Part shown: piece by piece, positions 49,472-61,150 of the stretch
Numbering within the stretch: position 1 is the stretch's first letter
Layout: each line of letters opens with the position of its first letter
Source of the DNA: Vicugna vicugna
Taxonomy: Eukaryota
Length of the DNA: 64,000 bases
Assembly: GCA_013265495.1 (NCBI GenBank)
Contig: MU058781.1
Coordinates: 4,217,050-4,281,049 of the forward strand
Direction of reading: 5' to 3'
The notes under the pieces: model-generated
Database searches by the model: none
Told to the model about the DNA's origin: nothing
Seen by the model: the letters and a program-made list of their open reading frames with translations, nothing else
Made by a program: the position numbers and the translations under genes

Positions 49472-52309
49472 ACCTAGGTTAGTGCTTCCCAGTCAAAACA
49501 TGGCAGGACATTTTAACCCTTGCTTGTCCGCCATCCCTCCATCCTGCCCTCACACAACTCTTCCACTCTCCTCTCCCCGTCCCGTCCCCGTCCTCCATAG
49601 GCTGGACAACTGGGGTTCAGCCCTCCCCTGGGGGCTCCCAGTGGGAAGTTTAGCTCCTTTGTTTGTACCTGAGCAATGAAAAGCGTGGTTTCTAGTCCTC
49701 AGCAAGGTGCTGCCCACCCGTAGTTCAGGCGGGGCTGAGCCTCCTTGACGGTGGGTGAAGAGGAGGAGGAAGAGCCATAAACAACAAGGGGCCAGCTCCC
49801 TCAGCCACAAGTTCACTCAATTTACACAGTGAGAGAACCTGACCTACTGCTCGAGGGAAAAAAAAACAATTATTTTCTGCAAAAGAGAAAAAAAAAGTTA
49901 TAGTAGAAAAAGCAAAAAACCAAAAAGCCACATATTTTATTATAGAAAAAGCTGGAGCTGGGGCAGGGGGGGCGGGCAGGGGGCCTTCTCGGCCAGTCTG
50001 GTCGCCTTGCCTGGACTCCATCCCGCCTGCTGGGATAACGGCTTCCAGCCGGAGAGGAGGCGGCGGCTCCCTCCTGCAGAGGTTCATGACTTGGCTGGAG
50101 CGCTGTTTTGCTGACACACTTTTTCTCTTCTCAAGTTAGCTGAGCACACAAATCACCCTGTGCTTATTTGCAAAGTCCAGATGTGCGATAAACGCGAGAC
50201 AGTCTGACTGAGGGCACAAGAAGGGGGTGAATGGGAGGAAGAGCTGTGGGGGCTGGGATGCCTGGCCAGACGGAGCCTTCCTCCAATTAGGTCACTGTTT
50301 ATATAGAGTTAAAATGAAACCAAGGACTATTTTCCAAGCTTTCTGACATTGGCCATGGCTCCCTACGCCATCCCTGGAATGCAGTGCAATAAACATCACA
50401 GAGCCCATGACATCACTCCAGAGAAGTATGAATCACGAAATCACGTTGAAGGAGAAGCAATGAATTCCAGACTCTACAAAATTATACTAGAGATGGACAC
50501 ACATTTGTTCTCCCTGATCCTTGCCTCTAGGTTTTCCTACTGGCTCTGTCTGTCTTTCTAATTCCCACATTTTTACCTATGGGCAACCACATCCCCTGAG
50601 AGCTACCACACACAGGGTCTATGTCCCCAATTGGCTGACAGCGTAAACCTCAGAGCCTGACTCCTCTACAAAGCCTTGCCCTCCCTCCATGCTCCAGCAG
50701 ATTGTCACTACTTCACACGGCCTCAGTGACTCTTCAACATGACCCTGTAAGGCACCACCAATTTACAGATGGGAAAAGGAGAGTTTGGAGATTTACCTAA
50801 GGTCCTAGAGCAAGCAAGCTGCTGAGAGGCCCCCTAGCCAGGTTTCTGTGAGCTTCCCACTGCATGCCAGCTACCCTTCTGACCTCCCCTGTGCTTCGCA
50901 GCCCTCCATACTTCTGGCATATTAAATGGCAATTAGAACTGATGCTCCCTGAGAGCAGGGAACCTGTCCATCGCGCACCTCGATGCATCCCTGGACTCCA
51001 GCACACCGCCTGTCTCATAGTAGGCACTCGATAAGTCCGTGCCCAGTGATGGTCCTTACCTCTGCCTGTGTGCTACCTAGTTGTCTTTAAAGGGCTGTAT
51101 TGTGCTTTTCTTTAATATGAGGTCAAGCCAATGACCTCAACCTCTGTCTCCCAGGGATTTAAGTGGAAATAAAACAGAGTGTAAGGTGAACCCACCCGGT
51201 CCACCAAGCATCACTCCTTCCACGGCTTCCCCACTGTCAGAATGGATCTGTTCAGGCTTAGGCATCGCTGACTCAATTGTTGACCTTCTGCCTCCCTCAG
51301 CAGCTCCACCTGGTAGTCAGCTTCCTCCTCCCCGTTTGAATTCCATATCTATGTGTTTAAATAAGCCAGAAAGAGGGCACTCACTTCGCCAGCTCCAAAT
51401 TAGTTCTTCCTTTCATGCCTTTCCTGTTTCCTGGCTCCATGCCAGACTCCCCTTCCATTAAAGTTAGGAAATCGTGCTCAGAGTCATACGTCTTCACCTA
51501 GTCAGCAGGTCTCTCCTGGGACACTCTGTCTCATGGTAGCTCCCGCACACGCCGGGCTTTGCTCCTACTAATTCCCGAGCTGTTAGTGTCAGAGGGGGCG
51601 GGGCGGGGCTGGGGGGAAGCACTGTGTTGTTGCAGGAGACGTTCTGTCATGATGACTGAAGCAAACAGTTTCTTGGTCGTGCGTCCAGGATGTGATTTAA
51701 GGCAGCCAAGAAGGACTGCGTATCTCCTGAAGAGCTCTGTTTGAAACCTTTACATGAATAACAAAAGCTTGTCTCTCCTTGTTTACCTCTCCAGTTTTTT
51801 TTTTTAACTGAATTTTTTTTAGCCTGAGTTTCATAAAAATAACTGGAATTAAGTCATCCCAAGACAGAGTTGCACAGAAGTCCCCAGCCAGCGCCGGCTT
51901 TCTGTCTGGGGTCGCCTGTTTTGGGAAGCTGCCTCAGCTCTGCCTTCCTCCTCATCCTCCCCCCTCTCTCATGTACCATCCTCGGCACTCTTCCCATCCT
52001 GCGCTGAGACTGTTGGCTTCCTTGTCTCTCCTGCCCTCCCTGTCTCCTCTGTTCACACAGAGTCTGGCTTGTGATAGAAGGTCAACAAAAAAACTGTTGA
52101 GTGGATAAACAAATGAATGAAATTTTCATGACATCTAGTTTTTTTCTCAAATTTCAACAAAGGTCTACCACACAAGTATCAAAAAAGCAGAAATGACCCG
52201 AGGGATATCTCATACGTGATTACTGAATTATTTTTTTAGATTTTAAAATACACTGCTTTTGCTGTGCTTCTGTTTTGACTTTCCTGTGACTTTGAACCAA
52301 ACTCCTCCC

Positions 52310-52670
52310 ATCATTTCTCAGGGGTCTGCAGTTGACAGGGATTTGTGGGCGGTTCTTCGGCACCAAGTGTAGTGGCTGAGGTTACTCACAAGGCTGCATT
52401 CACCTGGGAGCTGCAGCTGGGACATCTGAGATGGCCTCTGTCCTCTGAGGTCTTTCTCCATGGGGTGGCTCGTCATTCAGTGAGTCAGCCCAAGCTCCTT
52501 TGCAGCGTGGCAGATGGATTCAAGAGGAAGCACTTTAAGAGGACAAGCCCCAATGTACAAGGGCTGCATGATTCTCTGTTTCATCATATTTGCAGCTGTT
52601 CCATTAGCCAAAGCAACTCACATGACCAACTCCAGAGTCAGTGTGGAAGGGACCACACAAGGACATGTCC
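52310..52670 (-). mobile_element. Old MaLR LTR (MLT1H/I-like)
   Basis: ccattagccaaagcaactcacatgaccaactccagagtcagtgtggaagggac; explains ORF 52345-52764. Confidence 0.65.
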
Positions 52671-53236
52671 CAGTCAAACACACCTCCCATCCTTCCTAAA
52701 GACGTTTTTGTCTCATATTCTGGTGGTCCTAATGCATCCTGCAGGTTGGTTGACCTTGAGTTGATCAACTGCATGTATTGAACACTGACTAGAGGGCAAG
52801 TGCCCTGGAGTGATAGGAAATAGGGTCCTGGCCTCAAGTACTACATATTTTATTTGGAGACCTATAAGCTACATCTTTGGAAAGATTTTAAGCCACCCAC
52901 TAGTATTTTTTATACATATCATAAATACGTTAGTCACTAGAGCCACTGAAGTAATAAGAACAGTGAAAAACTGAATTACCAGAGTTAATACATTATTCAG
53001 GTTGACACATCTGTTTCCATGAGGGAAGTTTGTTGTCCATTGATGCCAATTCTAAGTACGAGGACTCCAATAATTCTCTTAGAGTAAAAGATGCACAGTG
53101 GGAGCTCTTTGCCATGATTAACACAATCTCTATAGTTATTTTATTTAGCATTGAGCGTCCTTGCTCTTCATCACCCACCTAAATGATCACTCAAAGCCTC
53201 CCTGAGGGAGATAAGTGAGAGGCAACACACTGAGGG

Positions 53237-53411
53237 CAGTGGTTCTCACAGTTTGGTCCTTAATCAGCAGCACCTTGGAAGTGGTTAGAAATACGGGTTC
53301 TCAGGACCCACCCAGACCTACTGAATCAGAAATTCTGGAGGTGGGGCCCAGCAACCTGTGTTTTAACAGCCCTTAGTGATTCTGATGCCCATGGAAGTAT
53401 GAGAATCACTG
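53237..53411. mobile_element. MER5A hAT-Charlie MITE
   Basis: TIRs cagtggttctca...tgagaatcactg; ccagacctactgaatcagaaattctgg. Confidence 0.88.
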
Positions 53412-53436
53412 CTTGGCTACAGGTTTTAATGTGCTT

Positions 53437-53762
53437 ATGCCGTACACTGAATGTGTTTCCGCAAAATTCATATGTTGAAAATTATTCCCCAGCATGATGG
53501 TATTTGGAGGTGGGGCCTTGGGAGATGATTAGGCAGGAGGGTGGAACCCTCATGAACGAGATTAGTGCCCTTATAAGAGACCCCAGAGAGCTCCCTTGTC
53601 CCTTCCACCAAGTGAGGTTACAGTGATAAGACAGCCGTCCATGAGCCGGAGCAGATTCTCACCAGACACTAAGTCTGCCAGTGTCTTACTCTTGGACCTC
53701 TCAGCCTCTGGAACCAAGAAGTCTATGGCACTCTGTTACAGCGGCCTGAACAGACCCAAGCA
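53437..53762 (+). mobile_element. MaLR MLT1A0-like solo LTR
   Basis: aaattcatatgttgaaa...gattagtgcccttataagagaccccagagagctccct. Confidence 0.85.
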
Positions 53763-54409
53763 GGTGACTTAGCTAGAGCAGGTAATTCTAATTACAGGAG
53801 GACCGCTCACCCACCTGCCCTCTGGTCACTGTTGCAGCATCCAACCTCACAAGCAATAAGGGAAGAAATATAATGTTTTTGGTAAAATCATCCAATTTTT
53901 CAGAGGTGAGAAAATTCTCCAGAGAATTTCTATGGTGTAGATTTAACATGTTATGTGTACTAATTTAGACACGCCAATCAAAAACTTCTTTTTATTCCTC
54001 TTCTATGGAAATTTCATACAGATGCTCAGAATTTCAAGTTTAAGTAACTGCCAGAGGAACTCTTTGGTGGAGAGTCTACTTTTACTCTATTTTTTCCGTT
54101 CCACATTACAAACAAGAGTGGTAGATGAGAAATCTGAAAATCGGGTCAGAAAGAAAAGTAATCATACTTTTTTGAAAAAAAGTTTATTCCTAGACCCAAG
54201 ATGAATATTGTAAACAACTTCATCCTTCCAGAATTGTCAAGCCATCTGGCAAAAGAGCTGACTGAGACAATTTCTATTTCATTGACCAGATCCTCATATC
54301 TACTTCCTCTTCTCCTCATGAGTGTAAATATTTTCCAGTTAAATCTTTGGGGTTGGCAGTGGCAGTGTGGGTGGTTCTTCACTGAAGGGCTGTTGATTTT
54401 CTCCTTTTA

Positions 54410-56195
54410 AAACTAAGTGGAGGCAATTTAGAATTATGAATTAAATGCCTTACACATTCATATCTTTGATTCAACAATAGCATATCCAGGAATTTATACC
54501 AATGAAATAATTAAGAATGCATGCAAAAAATAGCCATAAAGTACTCATTTCATCATAATTTATAATGGGAAAAAAGCTGAGAACAATCTAAATATTCAAC
54601 AATAGAGGGTTGTTTAAAAAAGTGTAAGTGTGCATACATGAAACTGAAAACCTACAGCCATCAAAATAGCAATTGATATGGATCACAGAAGAATATTAAC
54701 TAACATGGAAAGATGTTCAGGATACGCCATTAATAGGAAAAAGCAGACTTGAAAACAGTATGTGCAGCCACTTTGCACCCATTAGGATGGCTATGATAAA
54801 TTTTATATATATATATATATATGACAGAAAATAACAAGTATTGGTGAGAATGTGGAAAAACTAAAACCCTCATGCATCACTAGCAGTAACACAATGATAC
54901 AGCCACTGTAGAAAACAGTTTGGCAGTTCCTCAAAAAATGGAACAAAATTATCATGTGACTCAGCAATTCCACTCCTAGGTGTTCAATTCCAAAGAATTG
55001 AGAAGAGGTTTCAAAAATTGATACTGTAGACCAACGTTCATAGCATTCACTAGCAACAGCCCAAAGGTGGAAACGATCCAAGTGTCCATCGACAGATAAA
55101 CACAATGTGGTATATAATTCGGCCATAAAAAGAAATGGGATTCTGATACATGCTATTACATGGATGAACCTTGAAAACGTTATGTTCAATGAAATAAGCC
55201 AGATGCAAAAGGACGAATTTTGTATGATTCCACTTATATGATGAATAAGCAATTCATAGAGACAGAAAGTAGAATAGTGGTTACCTGGGGCTGGGAGAGG
55301 CGAATGTGGAGTTATTGTTTCATGGGTAGAGGCTTCTGTTTGGGATATTGTGAGAGTTCAGAAAATAGATAGTGGTGATAGTTACATAACATTGTTAATA
55401 TTCTTAATGCCACTGAATTGTAATCTTAAAAATGATGAAAATGATCAGTTTTATGTGATGTTCATTTGACTACAATAAAAAAGATAAAAGAGGGGAGTGG
55501 AGTGGGTGCAATGGGTGAAAGGGTTCAAAAAACACACATTTTCAGCTATAAAATGGGTAAGTCATGGATGTATGTACAGCATGGAGACTATAGTTAATAA
55601 TACTGTGTTGCATATTTGAAAGTAGCTAGGAGAATGGATTTTGAAATTTCTCGTCAAAAGGAAAATAATTTGTAATTACCGGTGGTGGATGTTGACTGGA
55701 CTTACTGCAGAGATCATTTTGCAATATATACCAGTATTGAATCATTACATTGTACACCTGAAACTAATATAATGTTATGTCAATTACACCTTATAAAAAA
55801 AAGAAAGAAACAAGGTTAAAAAAAGAGAAAAAATAGTATATACGATATAATATTTCCTACTAATATAGGATACCCATATATATCTTTGGATTTAAGATGT
55901 CATCATTTGTAGGAAAGAACATTAACTTAATAACAGCCATTTAGGACAAAAAAAAATGCTGTCACAGCATATGTACCCATACAATCAATTTGATTTCAGA
56001 AATACCAAACTTCCAAAAACTTGCATCTTAGAAATTAGGAAATGTATACCTAAGTGTGGGGGAAAAGCTGAGGGCTGCTCGCAGCTAGTATCTTGGGTGG
56101 CAGAATTATGGGTAATCTTTATTAGTCTGTTTTTCCTATATATGTATTTCTAAATTTTCCTGTATACAGTACTATTTTTTTATCTAATTAAAAAA
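54410..56195 (+). mobile_element. Nested L1 cluster: L1ME host containing an L1MB 3' part (~54768-55490) and a younger L1 3' end (~55491-55825)
   Basis: Three successive L1 3' UTR types; host L1ME sequence resumes after 55830; (TA)n at 54804-54822; ORF 54803-55252 is antisense L1. Confidence 0.8.
55875..56045. mobile_element. MER104/Kanga-like TcMar-Tc2 MITE
   Basis: tttaagatgtcatcatttgtagg...tgatttcagaaat...tgcatcttagaaattaggaaatg with decayed inverted ends. Confidence 0.5.
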
Positions 56196-56929
56196 TGCTT
56201 TTTCTAGAATGATTGTTTTCAGAATCCAAGAATTTACAATTTCGCCTACAACACACACTTCCACCCTGAAAATAATGCCAGAGAATGAAACTCAATGTGA
56301 AAAGATCTCTCTGCATTCAGTCAGGGCATGGGAACTTGCCTTCACTCACTTTTTTTTTTCGCTTTATCCAACCTCCCTGTGCCTGGCGTCCACATCAATA
56401 TTTACACACTCCATCATTCCTCGGGTTATTTATTTTCCTTGGTCCACTTTGCACAGTGACTAAGTTTTGCAGCATGGAAGTTGACAGAATTCGTCGCTGA
56501 TATCAGTCTTTATTAAGTTGGCTGCTGAGAGCTCCACACATGGCGGTTCGGAGGCACGGGGTGGGAGCAGGAGGGGAGCCAGGCCGTGAGAAGAGCTGTG
56601 CTTCCTTTTTCAAAAATGTGTTTGTCATTGTTGCTCAGAACTTTGATTTACCTAGGTTTACATTGCTCTGTGATGCTTTTTATTTTTCACACAAGCCAAC
56701 AAAATCTACAACTCTGCTCACCAGCCACTATCACCACAGGATAAAGAAGGGACAATCCTCACGGTCCCTCATCGTCCTCGGGCCTGAATCCCAGGGGCTG
56801 CCTTCTGGTGTTCAGCCAACACCTCACAAAGAGCTGGGCTCTGTTGAGAAATCTTTATGCTATAGGTCTCCTTCTGAACCTGAAGACACAAAGGCTGTGG
56901 TACTGCAGGAAGTTGCCTGTGTCTTGTGT

Positions 56930-57545
56930 AGTGTGTGTGTAAAGAGCAAGGGTTCTAGAAAGAATCTTACTACCTGGCTTCCCTGTTTGCAAGCTGTGTG
57001 TTCTTTGACAGGTTACTCAACTGCTCTCTGCCCGTTTCCTCACCAGTAACGGGGAACAGATAATATTTCCCACCTGTCAGTCAGTTCGGGCTGTTATCGC
57101 AAAATGCCACAGAGTGGGTGGCCTTAAACAACAGACATTTATCTTTCATAGTCCTGGAGGCTGGAAGTCTGAGATGAGGGTGGCAACATGGCAGGCTTCT
57201 GGTGAGAGCCTCTTCCCAGTTTGCAGACAGCTGCCTTCTAGCCATGTCTTCGTGTGGAGAGGAGCAGAGAGAGAGAAGCGAGCTCTCTCAGGTCTCTTCT
57301 TATAAGGGCACTAATCCCATCACAAGGGGTCCACCCTTATGACTTAATTACTTCCAAAGGCCTCATCCCCTCATACTATCCCATTGGAGCTTAGGGTTTC
57401 AAAGTATGAGTTTTGGCAGAGGGACACAAACATTCGTTCCATAACACTATCTTGTGCAATTGTTATGTTATTAAATAAGTTAATACATTTCAAGTACTTA
57501 GAATAGAGCCTAGCGCACAGGTGCATACAACAACGGTTAGTTTTA
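56930..57545 (+). mobile_element. MIR SINE split by MLT1A0
   Basis: MIR head and core up to 57074; tail resumes at 57447 (ttaaataagttaatacatttcaagtacttagaatagagcctagc). Confidence 0.7.
57075..57446 (-). mobile_element. MaLR MLT1A0-like solo LTR
   Basis: TG...CA; flanks CCACC/CTATC (decayed 5-bp TSD); cttataagggcactaatcccatcac. Confidence 0.88.
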
Positions 57546-57954
57546 ATATGATAACTTGGAGCAGGTTTCCACGAAACTGGAAATTCTGGTGGCTTCCATT
57601 TTACCTTCACCATAAAGACCTGTATTGAGGAGGTAGCTCTATAGATTTGTACAAGAAAGAAGCGGCACATTCAAGCTGGTATTAATGTTGGTTGACAGCC
57701 GTAAGCAATGAGGCTAGGTGAAAGGATGCTACAATTAATGCAAAACCTTGCCTACTGTGCAGCCAAGGGAGTTGGAACAGGGCAGTTTTAAACAGAGCTG
57801 CAAACAGCAATTGGGTTTAAAGTTCTCAGCCACTGTCTCAGGTTAGCTTCATCTTATGTGCAGAAGAACATGTAGTAAGTAGTTGGGTCATAGCAACTTT
57901 TTTACCCATTCTAACAAGCATGAAAAGCAGTTCCATAAGCAAAATATTTGAATT

Positions 57955-60330
57955 AGCTTTTGAACTGTGTTTTTACTGAATAAATTTTTACAAAGTAAAC
58001 ACACCTGTGGGCTCACTACCTAAAGATATAGAACATCACTAGCATGCCAGAACCTGCTAATAACGCCTGGTTATTAACCACCTCCCCCTCTAAGGTGGCC
58101 GTTCTTTTGACTTGAATCATCACAGATTGGTTTTTCTTATTTCCAACTTTATATAAATGGTATCATACATAAGTACTTTTTTGAGTCTCACTTCTTTTGC
58201 TCAATATTTTGTCTGTGAGATTCATCCATGGTATTGCATGGAAGAGTCTGCCACTGCTGTCAAATGTGACTATTTTATTGTAGTAGTCTGCCATATAAAT
58301 ACGTCCGCTCTACTTTTGATCGGCTTTTAGTTTAAGTTTGAGATTATTACAAATAGTGTTGCGTTAAGCATTTTTGCACATACCGTTTGGTGCCCAGATT
58401 TCTGTTGGGCATACACCTGTAAATGAAATTGCTGAGTTACAGGGTTGATATATGTTCGTCTTTAGTAAATAATACCAGTTTTCCAAAGTGTTTGGATCAA
58501 TTTAAACTCTCAGTTATATATGAAGTGCCCATCTCTTCATACTCTCACAAATACTTGTTTCTGTTTGTTTTATTTCATTTTTTATATTGTAGCCTTTCTG
58601 GTTGGTATCTAATGGTATCCCATTATAGTTTTTTTAAAAAAATTTCTCAGATAGCTAATAATTTTAAACAATTTTTCATATATGTGAATCAGCCATTTGG
58701 ACATCACTTTTGTAAACTGCCTGCTCTTTTACCCATTTACTATTGGGTTACTCTTTCATTGTAAAAAAATTAAATTTTGAGTTATTTATATATTCTGGAT
58801 GTAAGTCCTTTGTCTGATTTATGTATTGTAAATACCTTCTGCCACACTGTAGCTTACTTTTTCATTCTCTTACGAGTGTCTTGATGAAAGGAAATTTTCA
58901 AATTTTACAAAGGCTAATTTAACAAGTTTTTTCCTTTGTGACTTCCTATGTCCTGTTTATGAAAACTTTGCCTACCCAAGATTATCAAAAGAGTCTACTA
59001 TTTTATTTTCCAGATTTATTATTTTACCTTTAACACTTAGGTCTACAATCCATATAAAAGTGGTTTTAGTATATTGTGAAACATATTGGTTAAAATTCAT
59101 TTTTTTAATCCATATTGACCCAGTGTCATTTATCAAGAAAGACTATCCTTTCTACTCTGTATTGCAGTGTCAGCTTTGTTGTAAATCAGATGGTTTAAAT
59201 GTGTAGGTCTATTTCTAGACTCTTTATTTTGTTTAAATGGCCACAAATACCACACTGCTTTAGTTACTATAGTTTTATAACACTTTCTAATATCTTGTAC
59301 TTTATTTTAACTGTATTTCTTCAAGATTATCTTAATCATTTTTTGCCACTTGCATTTCCATATAAATTTTATAATTAGATTGTAAATTCCCACACACATT
59401 AGAGAAAAAAACCTGCTGGGATTTTGACTGGGATTACATCAACTATATATACAAAATGGCACCTTTGCCAACACTGTCTCCTAGTCAATGCACATGGTAT
59501 ATCCCTCGATTTTTTAAGGTCTCCTTTAATTTTCCTTGGTAAAGTCTTGTAGTTTTCTGGGTTGTGGTCTTGATAAACAATTTCTAGATAAAGGATATAA
59601 TTTCAAAATTTTGTTTTCTAATTATTTTACTGAACCAAGATGACAAATGATTTTGGTATTCTGCCCTAATATCCAATGGCCCTGGTAAACTCACTTATTA
59701 AATATCATAGTTTATCAGTATATTCTTTTTTATTTCTTTATATGTATGTTTTCTGTATACAATAATAAATCTTTTGAAGATACTTTTACAATCCTGATGA
59801 CTCTGTTTTTTCATTCCTTTCTGTAGCAGGCCCTCCAATAAAATGTTGAGTAGCAATGGTGATAGCTGGAATTCTCTTAGTCCCAAAATCAGAGGGAAAG
59901 ATTTCAGTTACTATACCAGCAAGTACAACGTTCACCGTAGGTCTCTTGTGTATATCCTGTATTACCATAAAGAACTTTTTTTAATTCCCAATTTACTGAG
60001 AGGTTTTTTTTAATCCGGAGTGCTGCATTTTATCAAATGATTTTAATGCATCTATGGAAATGATAATATGATCTTTTGCCTTTATCTACCAATGTAGGGA
60101 GTTTCACTCATTGATTTTGGAACATTAGGCAAACCTTGTGATTTTGAATAAAGCCAATTTAGTCATAAGGCATTATTCTTTTTATACACTGAAGTATTCA
60201 ATTTGTTCCTATTCTGTTTAAGGTTTTTGTGCCTGTGTTTATGAAAGGGATTATCTTGTGAAATTTTTAATTGTAATATCCTTATTAAGTTTTAATATTG
60301 AGATTATGATAGCCTCACGAAATGAGAGAG
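57955..60330 (-). mobile_element. Long degenerate LINE-1 (L1MC/ME-type 3' UTR plus ORF2)
   Basis: Continuous antisense L1 (tgtgagattcatccatg; ttatatattctggatgtaagtcctttgtc; ttgcatttccatataaatttta; aaaatgttgagtagcaatggtgatag). Confidence 0.87.
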
Positions 60331-60944
60331 AAAATGAGACCTTTATACCTAGAGGACACAGAGTTTGAGCACAGCTATCATGATAACAGGACTGCTCATA
60401 CTCAGAGGTGTCTCCAGAGAAAAACCTTCAAATTCCCCTTCCCTGCAAAGTATGGAAGGAAAGAGGAAGCAATTCTCTCTCCCAGCGGCAGAAGAAATGT
60501 TTTCATCAGTCTGAAAGATCTTACAGAGAATTCCACGAAGAAAAAAATAAAACCAAGAAACAAACAACAAAGACAACATTAAAAACCCCTTAATTTCTTT
60601 TTCAATTTGAATGTTCTCCTTTGGGATGGACACAAATTCAACTGCTTTGCTACTCAATTTAAAATTTAGGCAGATTTTCAACTCAGCATCTATTATTTCT
60701 ATAATTTATACTCTCCAAGGCAAATTTCCCCAAATATTTTGATCAGCATTTTTAAGAGGCAGAGAATCGGGCAGACAATTGCTCAAACTCAATGCAATTA
60801 GTGCTTACAAAAAAAAAAGGAAAACAGTTTCTTAACTTTGAGAGGCTTAATCCAAGCAGAGGTACCAGAAAGACACACCCCTAAGGGCTTAACAAAATGT
60901 CCCCAAACAACTTATTGCTGTGCAAAAATATGCACACTCATATG

Positions 60945-61150
60945 AATGATAGTCACTATTGCAATTTATGGAGCATCCACTATGTGTCGACACCTAGGTA
61001 CTTTATGTATTGTATGGCATTTAATCTTCACTTTCAGATGAGGAAATCAAGACCAGAGAGGTTAAGTGACTTGCCCCCAGCTAGCAAATGACAGAACCAG
61101 GTCTCAAAGCCAAGTCTGACCCCATCACCTTTGCTCCTACCACTGCCCTT
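60945..61150 (-). mobile_element. MIR SINE
   Basis: ttcagatgaggaaatcaagaccagagaggttaagtgacttgccc. Confidence 0.82.

Noticed and set aside
56540..57049. 169-aa ORF
   Set aside because: The C-terminal part reads through a MIR; no homology recognised.
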